Source of the DNA: Isurus oxyrinchus
Taxonomy: Eukaryota
Length of the DNA stretch: 64,000 nucleotides
Assembly (NCBI GenBank): GCA_026770705.1
Contig: JANJGN010000152.1
Location: 310,001-374,000, forward strand
Direction of reading: 5' to 3'
A program made the position numbers and the translations under genes. The first letter of the stretch is position 1. Each line of letters starts with the position of its first letter. Below the pieces are notes generated by a model. The model worked only from the letters and a program-made list of their open reading frames with translations. It made no database searches and was not told where the DNA came from. This document shows, in pieces, positions 1-12,255 of this stretch.

Positions 1-257
1 GAACCAAACGCAAAGAAACAAGAGAAAGGGAGGGTGTGGCAGAGACCACGGCCGCCTGGATCCCCATCACTGGTGCACACTTGGTGCAATATGTCTGCAC
101 GGCCCATCCTGGTTTTGCTGTAACCTTCCCCTCCAGCCCCCTCAGTCTGCCTATTCGCACACTGACACGGGTTTCTCAAAGAAAGGCATCGGCATTAAAG
201 CAGCTGGCCAGTGATCTACACTGCTGCCTGACTTTACACAGCCAGTGTTATGGAAAG

Positions 258-431
258 ATGGAGAATCAGGACAGGATCTTTGGGGAGGAAGAGGAGGAAG
301 TGTAGGTGGTGGAGCTGAATGGCGGAGCCCCCAGCTCAGCTGTGGGCAACAGGCAACGGAAAGCTGAGCCAAAGTGGAAAATCATCTGGAGAAACATCGC
401 CTTGATGAGCCTGCAGCACCTGCGCACCCTC
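258..431 (+). pseudogene. Stearoyl-CoA desaturase (SCD5-like) first-exon pseudogene fragment
   Basis: From ATG 258 it reads MENQDRIFGEEEEEV*VVELNGG...PKWKIIWRNIALMSLQHL, resembling the SCD/SCD5 motif (I/Y)VWRN(V/I)(V/I)LMSLLHLGA. In-frame TAG at 303-305. Homology ends abruptly at a CACT-rich repeat. Confidence 0.7.
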
Positions 432-890
432 ACTACCCACAATAACTCACCCTCACTCACTCACCCTCACTCACTCACCCTCGCTCACTCACCCAACTTC
501 ATTCATCCTCATTCACTCACCATCAATTGCTCATTCACCCGCACTCACTCACCCAGCCTCATTCACACTCATTCACCCACCCTCAGTCACCCACCCTTAT
601 TGATCCACCCTCAATTATCCTCACTCAAACTCACTCACCCACCCATCGTCGCTCACCTACATTCACTTACACTCAATAACTCATCCACCCACCCTCACAC
701 ACCCACTCACCCTCACTCATATCCCCACCCTCACATAACCACCAACCCTCACTCACCCACATTCAGAAACCCACCCACGCTCACTCACCACCAACCCTCA
801 CTCATTCCTTCATTCATCCACGCACCCCCGCTCTGTCATTCAGTCATCCTCACCCTGTCAATCAGGCACACGCTCACTCACACGATCACT
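430..890. repeat. Degenerate (CACTCACCCT)-type low-complexity repeat
   Basis: Reiterated cactcaccct/cactca units. Explains the His/Pro/Thr-rich ORF 306..962. Confidence 0.85.
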
Positions 891-959
891 TTTCCTAAAT
901 CGGTGTATGGGAAGGCGAGAACTGCGGGGAAGAGAGACCTGGAAGTGAGGACTGAGGCC

Positions 960-3660
960 TAGCAATTCCAGAAAGTGGAGCATGGCCCAAGGGAGCATCG
1001 AGCGTCGGTGGAAAATGCAGAGAGGCGGGGCTAAAGCGCAGAGAGCCTGGGGGAAAGGGCAGGCAGGTGGGGGGAAGGAAAGAGAGTTGGGGAAAAGGGT
1101 AGCGATCCAGTGGAAAGTGCATATAGATGAGGCAAAGGAATGGGCAGAGCCGGGGGAAGGGCAGGCACCCGTGGAATAAGTGCAGAGAGCTATGGGAGAA
1201 AGGGTAGAGAGGCGGGAGGGGGAAAGGGCAGGGCGGCAGAGATGGGAAAGGGCAGAGAGGCGGGAGGGGGAAAGGGCAGAGAGAGGAGAGGGGGCAAGGT
1301 CAGAGTGGGGGTATGGGCAAGGGCAGAGAGGGGGGAGTGGGCAAGGGCAGAGAGTGGGGATTGGGCAAGGGCAGAGGGACGAGAGGGGGGAAAGGGCAGA
1401 GAGGCGGAGGGGGGAAGGGCAGAGCAGCGGAGGGGGAAAGAGCAGAGAGGCAGGAGGGGGAAAGAGCAGAGAGGCGGGAGAGGGAAAGGGCAGTGAGGGG
1501 ACAAAATGGTTAATGAACTAGGGAAAAAGTCAGTGAGCCGGACAAAAGCACAGAGTCGTGGAGTAAATGCAGAGAGCTGGGGGAGAAAGGACAGAGAGGT
1601 GGGAGGGGGAAAGAGTAAAGAGGAGGCGAGCAAAGGGCAGAGAGGCGGGACGTGGAAAGGGCAGAGAGGCGGGACGTGGAAAGGGCAGAGAGGCGGGACG
1701 TGGAAAGGGCAGAGAGGCGGGACGTGGAAAGGGCAGAGAGGCAGGAGGAGGAAAGGGCAGAGAGGCAGGATGTGGAAAGGGCAGAGAGGCGGGACGTGGA
1801 AAATGCAGAGAGGCGGGACGTGGAAAGGGCAGAGAGGCAGGAGGGGGAAAGGGCAGAGAGGCGGGAGGTGGAAAGGGCAGAGAGGCGGGACGTGGAAAGG
1901 GCAGAGAGGCGGGACGTGGAAAGGGCAGAGAGGCAGGAGGGGGAAAGGGCAGAGAGACGGGAGGGGGAAAGGGCAGAGAGGCGGGAGGTGGAAAGGGCAG
2001 AGAGGCGGGAGGTGGAAAGGGCAGAGAGGCGGGAGGGGGAAAGGGCAGAGAGGCGGGAGGGGGAAAGGGCAGAGAGGCAACAGAAAGGTTAATGAACTGG
2101 GGAAAATGTCAAAGAGCTGGACGAAAGCGCAGAGAGCCGTGGAGTAATGCAGAGAGCCGGGGGAGAAAGGACAGAGAGGCGGGATGGGGAAAGGGCAGAG
2201 AGGCGGAGGGGGGAAAGGGCAGAGAGGGGGGGGGAAGGACAGAGAGGAGGGAGGGGGCAAGGGCAGAGAGGCAGGAGTCGGAAAGGGCAGAGAGTTGACA
2301 GAAAGGTTAACAAACTGGGGAAAAAGTCAGAGAGCCGGCTGAAAGCGTAGAGAGCCGTGGAGTAAATGCAGATAGCCGGGGGAGAAAGGGCAGTGAGGCG
2401 GGAGGGGGGATAGGGCAGAGAGGCAGGAGGGGGAAAGGACAGAGAGGCAGGAAGTGGAAAGAGCAAAGAGGCAGGTGGGGGAAAAGGACAGGGAGGCAGT
2501 AGGGAAAGGGCAGAGAGGCGGGAGGGAGAAAGGGCCGAGAGGCGGGGGGGACAGGGCAGAGAGGCGGAAAGGGCAGAGAGACAGGAGGGGGACAGGGCAG
2601 AGAAGTGGGTTGGAATGAAGGGCAGAGAAGTGAGGGGTGCGGGAAGGGCAGAGAGACAATGGAAAAGGCAGAGAGATGGGCGAAAGGTCAGCGAGCCGGG
2701 GGAAAGGTCAAAGGGTCAGGCAAAAGTGCAGAGGGCCTTGGACTAAGTGCAGAGAGCTGGGGGAGAAAGGGCAGAGAGGCAGGAGGGTGACAGGAAACAC
2801 AAGCAGGGAATGAAGGACAGTGAGGTGATGGAAAGGTCAGCGAGCCAGGGAAAAGGTCAGAGAGCCAGGCAAAAACACAGAGAACACTGGAGTAAATGCA
2901 GAGAGGCAGGGGAGAAAGGACAGAGAGGCGGGAGGGGTAAAGGGCAGAGAGGCAGGGGAGAAAGGGCAGAGAGGCAGGAGGTGGAAAGGGCAGAGAATTG
3001 GGGGGTTGGAAGGGCAGAGGGAAGGGGGGAATGGGCAGAGGGGAGGGGTGAAATGTCAGAGAGGAGGTGGAGAAAGGGTAGAGAGGAGGGGTAAAGGACA
3101 GAGAGATGGGGGAAAGGTCAGAGAGTCGGGCGAAAGTGCAGACAATCTTGAATTAAGTGCAGAGAGCTGGGGGAGAAAGGGCAGAGAGGCGGAGGGGGGA
3201 AAGGGCAGAGAGGCAGGAGGGCAACAGGGCAGACAGGCGGAGGATGAAGGGCAGTGAGGTGACGGAAAGGTCAGCAAACTGGGGAAAAGGTCAGAGCCAG
3301 GCGAAAACACAGAGAACCATGGTGTAAATGCAGAGAGCTGGGGGAGAAAGGACAGAGAGACGGGAGGGGGAAAAGGCAGAGAGGCGGGAGGTGGAAAGGG
3401 CAGCGAGGCGGGCGAAAGGGCAGGGAATCTTGGATTAAGTGCAGAGATCTGAGGGAGAAAGGGCAGAGAGGCAGGAGGGGTAAAGGGCAGAGAAGCGGGG
3501 GCAAAGGGCATAGAGGTGTGTGGGAAAGGGCTGAGAGGCAGGGGGAAGGGCAGAGAGGCTGGGGACAGGGCAGAAGGCGAGGTTGCAGCAGGCAGAGAGG
3601 TGGCAAAAGTGCAGAGTCGGGCTATAGCGGGGAGAGCTGGGCGAAAGCAGTTGTGAGCCG
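960..3660 (+). repeat. G/purine-rich tandem array: 24-bp core AAAGGGCAGAGAGGCGGGACGTGG inside a longer higher-order unit
   Basis: Near-perfect 24-bp units at about 1630-2075 (8-aa periodicity in the ORFs). A spacer motif ggttaatgaactgggg...gagtaaatgcagagagctggggg recurs at about 1507, 2087, 2305, 2838 and 3269. Confidence 0.95.
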
Positions 3661-4129
3661 AGGCCCCAGCCGCCCTAGGTCCCACTCTATCTCTCTCTCT
3701 CTCTCTCTCCCTCAGTGTCTCTCGTCCTCCTGAAATCCTTTCTATTCCCGGGGAAAGGCGCTAAGTGCCAGAGATAGAAGAAAGACAATGTCTCCATGCG
3801 CTTCCTCCCGGCTCCCTGCACCTTTCTCCAGCTGGTGCTCACTGCCCCTGCAATCACAATCTGTTTGTCTCCCACTTTTACTGCTGATAGGCCCACAAGC
3901 CAGTCTGTCAGCCGTTAATGGGATAGAAGGCCGGCCTGTGATTGGAGGAGCAGCTCCTCACTGATACCTTCAACTCCACTTACCCGACTTACCAGCATTT
4001 TGAACAATGGCTCCGGAGTCCATATAGAGGGGCTTCGGGGGCCACAATCCAACCGTGGGACATGGATTGGACACGCCCGTAATAAAGGAAAATAAGGAAA
4101 TGGGCTGAGATGTTGCACAAATATTTTGG

Positions 4130-5660
4130 CCTTAACGAGCTGGTTGCTAAAGTAGCAGAGGCATTGGTTTTAATTTTCCAAAATTCCCTAGATTCTGGAA
4201 AGGTCTCATCAGATTGGAAAACAGAGAATGAGGCTTTTATATTAATTAAAGGAGGGAAAGGGAAAGCAAGAAACTACAGGCTAGTGAGCTTTACATCTGT
4301 CAGAGTGAAAATGCTGGAATCGATTATTATGGAGTCTATCATGGATCACTCAGAAAATCCAAATGCAATTATGTGGATCCATTATGGCTTTGTTAAAGGG
4401 AAATCATGTTTGGCTGATTTATTTGAGGCCTTTCGGGGAATCAAAAAGGAACATTAATAAAGGAGAACCTGTGGATGTGCTGTACTTGCACTCCCAGAAG
4501 GCATTTGACAAAGTGGCACATGAAACGTTACTGCACAAAATAGTGGTGTCGGCTGTAACCTTTCAGTATGGGTAGACGTTTGGTTAGCTAACAGGAAACA
4601 GAGTTGGGATGAATTGTTTATTTTAGGTTGGCAAGATGTGACAAGTGGAGTACCACAGGGATCAATGCTGCAGCCTCAACTATTTGTAATTTATATCAAT
4701 GACTTAACGAAAGGGCTGAATGAATTTGCTAAATTTGCTGGTGACACAAAGATAGATAGGAAAGTAAATGGTGAAGAGGGGATAAAGGGTCAACAAAGGG
4801 ATATAGATAGGTTAAGTGAGTGAGCAAAAAATTGACACATGGAGTATAATGTGGGAAAATATAAATTTGTCCACTTTGGCAGGAAGAATACAAAAGCAGC
4901 ATATTATTGAAAGGGAGAGAGATTTCAGAACCCTGAGGTACAGAAGGACCTGGATCCCTCGGTGCCTGTATCACAAAAAGTTATAATACAAGTGATGAGG
5001 AAGGCAAAGGGAATCTTGTCATTTATTACAAAGGGAATAGAATATAAATGGAAGGAAATTTTGCTACAGTTTAACGGGGCATCGATGAGGCCTCGTCTGA
5101 ATTACTGTGTACAGATTTGGTTTCATTTAAGAAAGGATATAAAAGCATTAGAAGCTGTTCAGAGAATGCTCATTCAAATGCTACTGGGAGATGTCGTCAA
5201 CTATCTTATGAGGAAAGTGTGGATAGGCTGCGCCTGTATCCATTGGAGTTTAGAAGAATGAGAGCAGATTTTATTGAAACATATAAGATCCTAAGGGGAA
5301 TTGACAGGGTGGGTGCTGAAGAGATGTTTCCCCTTGTGAGAGAGACTAACCATAGGTAACACAGTTTAAAAATAAGAGGTCTCCCATTTCAGACAGAAAT
5401 GAGGGGATTTTATTTTTCTCTCAAAGGGTCGTGAAACTTTGGAACTCTCTTCCCCAGAGAGCGATGGATGAGGAGTCATTAATATTTCAAGGCAGAGGTA
5501 GAGAGATTCTTCGTTAACAAGGGAGTCAAAGGTTAGCGGAGAGTAGGTGGGAATGTGGAGTTAACGCCACAATCAGGTCAGCTATGTTCGTATTGAATGG
5601 TGGAGGAGGCTCGAGAGGCCGAATGGCCTACTCCTGCTACTAATCCGCATGTTCACATGT
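4130..5660 (+). mobile_element. CR1-type LINE, 5'-truncated, degenerate ORF2 (RT)
   Basis: Fragments NYRLVSFTSV, KAFDKV, SGVPQGS, FAGDTKI, RPRLNYCVQ with stops and frameshifts, plus a CR1 3' UTR. Confidence 0.9.
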
Positions 5661-6203
5661 ACATACGAATGGAAATGTCGTACTTACTGTCACTGGTATT
5701 CAAATTTAGGGTTCTATGGTCATTATGTAGGTACCATTACAAAGGTACTTTCGAAGGATTTTTGCAATTCTTTGTTTTGGGGGGACGTGGAGAGGGGAGG
5801 GGGCTTCAGTCAATTTGAACAAGCCAATTTCCAAACTGCAATGAAATAAATGACGAGACAATTTCTCTGTCACCAAGTGCTGCTGATTGAGAAATAAATG
5901 GTGGCGAAATAATGGGGAAAATCCTCTGCTCTTCCACTTTAATCCAATGAAAGGTACGTCATTCAAATGATATCAAAATGTTTTCTTTTAGTAATGGGAT
6001 AGAGGCAGAAAAATGAGGTGTGGGTTTCTAAAGAGGGAACCGACAAGCGAGGGCCATCAAATGATGGAAATAATAAATGATGAAATGTGGATGTGGGTTT
6101 TAGTTGGACATGTTTATAGTTATAGTCAAATTTTGAGTTGTTTGGTTACTTAATGATCACAAATCACAGAGTCTAACTTGTTCAATCGGCCATTCTTTCC
6201 CAG

Positions 6204-6503
6204 CGACACCGTCTTCGCCCACTCTCTACAAACTGGTCTCCTCCTGTCAGCAACACAACACTGACGGCTCCGTCACCTACGGCTGTTTAGTGATGGACTA
6301 CTCCCCAGAAATCACCAGCCTGACCTGGAAGAAAGATGGGCAGCAGATCCCCACTGGATTTAAGACATACCCGTCGGTGAGAAACCAGAAGGGAACCTAC
6401 ACCCTGAGCAGCCAGTTAACCATCACCGAATCAGAGGGAGAATGCAGCAAAATCAAGTGTGAAGTTCAACACAGCGGCTCAGACAAGAGCATTGAATGGC
6501 AAT
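6204..6503 (+). CDS. IGHM: IgM heavy chain constant exon Cmu1
   Basis: Acceptor tttcccag| and donor |gtaagt, phase 1. Reads [46 protein letters not shown]...SSQLTI...[16 protein letters not shown], a C1-set domain typical of shark CH1. Confidence 0.95.
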
Positions 6504-6720
6504 GTAAGTGTTGGGGAACCTGTGAGAAACAGAAAGGCTGTGATTGACCTGTATAGGGCCTTGGTTATAACGCATTTATAGTGCTCTGCATAGTTCTGAT
6601 CCCTGGAAAATCCAGGTTAGTGTCCACTGACGGCAAAGAGCCTGTTAAAATATAAGAACTCATTGTTTCTGTTATCAATTTCTTCTGCAAGAAATGGCTA
6701 ACCTGTGTTTTTTTTTTCAG

Positions 6721-7020
6721 GCCCTCCAACTGTTCTCCTCACCGTGAGTTCCCGGGAAGAAATCAGAACCAACAAATTTGCAATCGCCGTCTGTTCAATC
6801 ATCGATCTCCGTTCAAAGTCAATCACCGTGAAGTGGCTGAAGAATGGACAACCCATGAATTCAGGAATTGTCACCTCTCCTGTCTTTGAAGTGAACGGGA
6901 AATTCTCGGCAACCAGTCGGCTGAAAGTCTCCGCTGGGGAATGGTTCACCGACGCTGTCTATACCTGTCAGGTCACTCACCAAGGGGTCACCCAAAGTCG
7001 AAACGCCACCAAGTGTGAGG
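6721..7020 (+). CDS. IGHM: IgM heavy chain constant exon Cmu2
   Basis: Acceptor ttttcag| and donor |gtaaga. Reads [14 protein letters not shown]...VCSIID...WLKNGQ...FSATSRL...[27 protein letters not shown]. Confidence 0.95.
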
Positions 7021-7644
7021 GTAAGAAATACAAACCGAGGAAGCAACAGATCATTCTGCTCTGCGATGTTAATCAAATCAGGAATTTATTGGAGTTAGTA
7101 AAAAGCACGGAACAACGTCTAATTTACTTTCATGTAGTTATTGTTTAATTCCGATGTAAATGCTGCATGTGGATTGTTCACCATTCAGGATTTTATCACA
7201 TCACTTCTCTACATTGGCGTCACAGAGTGATTGAGGTGAACTTGATATCAGCTTTACCCTGAGTCAGCTGATCATATTTCGAAAGGCAGAAGATGTCTGG
7301 AACCCCTCACTGGTAACAGCTTCGGGATAGAGTGTTGGAAAGTGCATCCACCCTATTTATAAAATGGCTTTCAGTCCTGCATTCCAGGGCCCAGGAATGA
7401 TACATTTGTATTGGGACTGGGGTACAGCAGATTCGTGAGAATGTTACCGGGGCTGAAGGACTTAAATTATGAGAACGATTTACACAGACCAAGCTGCTTT
7501 TCCATTGTGTAAAGAAAATTAAAGATGATAGTTAGGTGTTGATATGTCCAAGGTGATTTATTTTCCTTCAGGCAGTGAAGGCTGAATACTGCTGTCCTGC
7601 TCCTGAAGGTGAAACTTTGATTGATCTTCATTTCTGTCTCACAG

Positions 7645-7956
7645 ATGATTCCCACTGCCCCAACGATCCCACAATTACTCTACTGCCACCTCCAATAGAA
7701 CAGGTCTTACTGGAGGCGACCGTGTCCTTAACCTGCATCGTTTCTAATGCTCCTTATGGAGTCCTCGTGTCCTGGACACAAGAGAAGAAGCCTTTGAAAT
7801 CAGAGATCGCCGTCCAACCGGGAGAGGATCCCAACAGCGTGGTCAGCAACGTAAACATCTCGACACAAGCCTGGCTGAGTGGGGTTGAGTTCAACTGTGT
7901 GGTGAGCCATCAGGATCTGCAGACTCCTTTAAGAAATTCCATCCACAAGGAAAAAG
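7645..7956 (+). CDS. IGHM: IgM heavy chain constant exon Cmu3
   Basis: Acceptor tcacag| and donor |gtaagc. Reads [39 protein letters not shown]...W...[17 protein letters not shown]...IHKEK. Confidence 0.95.
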
Positions 7957-8652
7957 GTAAGCGGTGAAATTGAAGCAATAAGTAGTTCAATGTGTCTATT
8001 TCCAGTGTAAGTGTAAGGATCAATATTTACTATTCAGTCTAATCTAATTAGCAATTTCGCCAACTAAACGACCTGGGCCTGTGGACTTTCAGGGGGAAAT
8101 TGATAAGTAGATGAATGAAAAATGAATTGAAGGCTGTGCCATTGAGTTTAGATGAAGTAAGATGGGAGGAGCCTAGTGCGAAGCTGAAACATGGACCAGT
8201 TGGGCAGAATGGCCTGTTTCTGTGCTGTAAACTTTGAGAAACTTTCTCGTCCAACCCCATAAGTTCTCAGGGAAAAGGATTGTGCCACCTCTGCTCCGAG
8301 CTGGAAAGCCGGACAAATTCAAAGTATTTTATTTCTTAATTCATGGATGTGGGCGTCACTGGCTGAGCCAGCGTTTATTGCCCATCCCTAATTGCCCTTG
8401 ACAAGGTGGTGGTGAGCTGCCTTCTTGAATCGCTGCAGTCGATGTGGTGTAGATACACCCACAGTGCTGTTAAGGAGGGAGTTCCAGGATTTTGATTCAG
8501 CTATAGTGAAGGATCGGTGATATATTTCTGAGAAGTGGATAATGAAACTCCTTAATATTCATCACAAAACACGTTTCTCTCACATCTAACCAGCGGTTTC
8601 ATTGTCTATGAAAGTATCCAGTTTATTGACATTTATTGTACATTTTCTGCAG

Positions 8653-9044
8653 TTAAAGACCCGCGGGAACCGACCGTGTCTGTCCTCCTGCCCTCGGCAG
8701 AAGATGTCTCCGCTCAGAGATTCGTCTCCCTCAGCTGCTTAGTGACAGGTTTCTCCCCGCGAGAGATTTTCGTCAAGTGGACCGTCAATGACAAGCCAGT
8801 GAATCCCGGGAACTACAAGAACACCGAGGTGGTGGCGGAGAACGGCAATCGCTCCTTCTTCATGTACAGCCTGTTATCCATTGCAGCGGAGGAGTGGGCC
8901 AGCGGCGCTTCTTACTCCTGTGTGGTGGGACATGAAGTGATCCCCTTGAAGATCATCAACAGAACGGTTGATAAATCCAGCGGTAAACCAAGCTTTGTGA
9001 ATATTTCCCTTGCACTGATGGACTCTGTTAATTCATGTCAATGA
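8653..9044 (+). CDS. IGHM: IgM heavy chain constant exon Cmu4 plus secretory tailpiece
   Basis: Acceptor ttctgcag|. Reads [43 protein letters not shown]...YSCVVGHE...DKSSG|[19 protein letters not shown], with tailpiece sequon NIS and penultimate Cys. Internal donor for the membrane form (G|gtaaac) after 8982. Confidence 0.97.
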
Positions 9045-9071
9045 GAATCTCTCGGTTACATTTCAAACTTC

Positions 9072-9087
9072 AATAAAAAATAATAAA
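9072..9087 (+). terminator. Secretory-form polyadenylation signals (two AATAAA)
   Basis: AATAAA at 9072-9077 and 9082-9087, just after the Cmu4 stop codon. Confidence 0.8.
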
Positions 9088-9479
9088 GTCCTTTTCTCCA
9101 ATCGTGATTTACATACACAATGTTGTTTTCCACTTTTGCTGATGTTAGACCTGTTTAGTTAAAATCGGATATTTACAGGGCTCACACCCAAGTCTTGTAT
9201 GTCCAGTGCTCCGAGCTCAGGTACACCCTGGGTTCGAGACAGAGTAAAGCTCATTCATTACGGGATTCTGCAAAATAACTTCACCAACTCCCCTCCCACT
9301 GAGATGAAATCTGATAATTCCCATTTCTGACAAACAAACACAGCACATTTAGATCTGGGTGTTCCTGCTTCTCTTATTATCCATCCCTTTAAAATGGATG
9401 TCAGCTTTAAGCTTCTGCACCACACCCACTGGGAACTGAAGTGGGGTCACACAGAAACATGTCCCAACAATCCCCCATC

Positions 9480-9860
9480 AGGGAGAGGGGGAAGGGAAAT
9501 TATTAACCCACTGTACCCCCTCTTCCCCAACAGAGAGAGGGGGAAGGGGACATTGTTCACCCACTGCACCTCCACTTCCACAACAGCGGGTGGGGGGGGG
9601 GGGTGAGAATTGTTTAGCCACCTTACCCCACTTTCCCAACTGAGAGAGGGGAAGGGAAGTTGGTAACCCACAGTACCCCACTTTCCCAACAGAGAGAGGG
9701 GAAGGGAAATTGGTAACCCACTGTGCCTCCACTTCCCCAACAGAGAAAACTGAAAGGAAAATTTTAAGCTGCTTTTACCTCCACTTGCTAAACAGAAAGA
9801 CGAGGAAGGTCATTGGTTAACCCAGTGTGTCTCCACCTTCTCAGCAGAGAGAACCGAAAG
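9480..9860. repeat. Minisatellite of about 50 bp (ccccactttcccaacagagagaggggaagggaaattggtaacccactgta)
   Basis: About 6 diverged tandem units. Confidence 0.8.
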
Positions 9861-10344
9861 GGAAATTGCTTAGACAACCAGACAGAGCAAAACTATTAGC
9901 TCCCTGGACCCTCACCGAGCAGAGAATCTGGAAGGGAACGGGTCTCTACTGTCATGACTCAGTTACCAACAGTCCATGTCGGCTTCCAGCTTACTGGCCA
10001 CAGATTTTAAACTCCCATCATGCTTAGGATGTTGTAAAAACATCTATTTATGCAACATAATTTGAAGATCTTTTAACACCCTTGTTCCTGTTAAGCTTAT
10101 GCTAAGATTGGTTTCCCATAATCCGAATCTAAACTGGTGATTGAATCCTCCCTGAGTTGTTCAAGGTTCTGTCCCTGAATTTTATGAGGCACATGGTTGA
10201 TTGTTTGCATTCGTTCACCTGATATCACCTTGCATCTCACAAAAAGCACGTTTATACACAGAACATTGAAACTATTCACTACAATTTTCACCATCAAGGT
10301 CAGACTCGATCATTGGTACTGGTAAAATTCTGGAAAATAGTAAA

Positions 10345-11043
10345 AATACACACAGCTGACACAAATGGACAGACACAAACACGCGTACGCACACACATAG
10401 GCACAGACATGCAGATACAAACAAACACAGGTACAGGCAGACACATTTACACCCACACATGTGCACCCACACAAACACAGGCAGACACAGGCAGACACAC
10501 ATAGACAAATACACACACACATGCACACATGCGCGCACAATCACAACCACATGGGTGCAGACGCATAAACATACACGTACACAGAATCACACACATAAAC
10601 AAATACACACACACAATCACACACATGTAGAAATACACACACACAGAGACACACTCACACACATGAACACAATCACACACACACAAACAGATAAAACCAG
10701 ACAAGCAGACTCATACAAAGACACAAAGCACAAATGTAACTATTAGCATATGCAGTATTACACGTTCACAATGACATAAATACAGACATAAAGACACACA
10801 CTATCGTACACATTAAAACAAATGCATGGACACACATTAACAGTTGCACACATATGAGCAGACAACACTCAGACACAAAGACACAGAGGAACAGACGAAC
10901 ACATTCACAGACACACATGTAGAAACAAACATGAATATACTCATACACAGTAGAAAACAAAAAACACACGTTAGTTCATATGAAAACACATTCACACATT
11001 GATACATAGTTCTAAATATCGATCAACACACAAATGCACATAT

Positions 11044-11083
<40 letters not shown>

Positions 11084-11450
11084 ATCACACAATCACACAG
11101 ACGCTGTGACACAGACATTAATATGCTGACAGACACGTGGAACAAATAAAGAAACAATAACACTCATATTAGCAGGCACACATTAAACAGGTAAATACAC
11201 ATTAACACAGATAGTAATAAGTAAATATAGACATCAAGACATAAACACACACAATAACATACTCATACATCCACATTGGCAGAAAAACAAAATATACGTA
11301 AAGATGCAGACACAAAAATACACAAATCAGCACTCATTGGCACATGAACACACACATTAACACACATGTACACATATGGACACCCAAACAAACAGTAATG
11401 CAAAGCGCGGGATACTCATGCAGACATACACAAAAGCTAAAGCACAGCAC
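10345..11450. repeat. Degenerate (CA)n / (CT)n microsatellite field in the Cmu4-TM1 intron
   Basis: Long ACAC-rich tract, with (CT)n at about 11050-11078. Confidence 0.9.
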
Positions 11451-11989
11451 AGACGCCAGGCTATTGAAGAAAGAATAATTCAAATGTTCATTTTTAACGG
11501 CATATCCTCCGGCAATTGTCTCTATTACATAATAACTCGATAAACACACTGAAACAATGCTCTTACTGAGAAACTGATTTAAGTTAATGATGCACCAAAC
11601 ATTTCCATCACAAATAAACAAACCAGATGGGAAATCACATCCGAGCTTTTAAAAAGCAACACGCATAGTTTCCAAAAAGTAGCTCAGTGAATCTCTCCCT
11701 ATACCTATCATAATATTCTCCAATAATAGATCGTACGAAATTGTTCGAAACTAACTGATACTGGAGAAAAGTTGCCATATTTTGCGACATGGACTGTACA
11801 AAGATTGTAAAGGAAGAACAGCTGTGGAGATAGTTACAGAGATGGGTTACTGAGCGTCACGAACTTAATAGGAGATATATATTGAACATTGAATACATTA
11901 ATAACTTAGGAAACAGTAAAGGAGATGTTTAAAAATGATATCCTAGATTAATAAACAATCTAATTATATTTCCTCATATATCCCCGTAG

Positions 11990-12117
11990 ATTCCACAGAC
12001 CGCATCTGGATTGAAGACTCTGAGGATGATAACAGCAACATCTGGACAACTGCTTCCACATTCATCATCCTGTTCTTCCTGAGCATTTTCTACAGCACTG
12101 CCGTCACTCTAGCGAAG
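11990..12117 (+). CDS. IGHM: IgM membrane exon TM1
   Basis: Acceptor ccccgtag| and donor |gtgaga. Reads [43 protein letters not shown], with an acidic spacer and the CART motif. Confidence 0.95.
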
Positions 12118-12255
12118 GTGAGAAGATTCAATCCACTCACACTTCAAACTGACAGAAGCAGTTTGAAATATCTCTCAATGTTTCATTGATTAGAACTCTA
12201 ACATAATAATCCCAGATTATAAACATCTGCTTCATTATTTCATCCTCTTTTACAG

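Noticed and set aside
982-3685. Long ORFs on both strands (e.g. 356 aa at 1190..2260, 243 aa at 1567..2298)
   Set aside because: By-products of a stop-poor 24-bp tandem repeat, open in nearly all frames, with no splice or gene context.
3788-4080. Plus-strand fragments faintly like GGH (RPVIG) or CANT1 (FNSTYP)
   Set aside because: Matches are only a few residues and need several frameshifts; not supportable.
5660-6203. Search for a JH segment, RSS or intronic enhancer just before Cmu1
   Set aside because: No WGxG-encoding segment with donor, no heptamer-nonamer pair and no clear octamer seen.
6204-9044. IgW, IgNAR or IgM1gj identity
   Set aside because: Four C exons with typical shark mu sequences and a mu tailpiece; Cmu2 is present, unlike IgM1gj.
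10272-11621. Cys/Val- and His/Thr-rich ORFs
   Set aside because: Translations of a (CA)n microsatellite.
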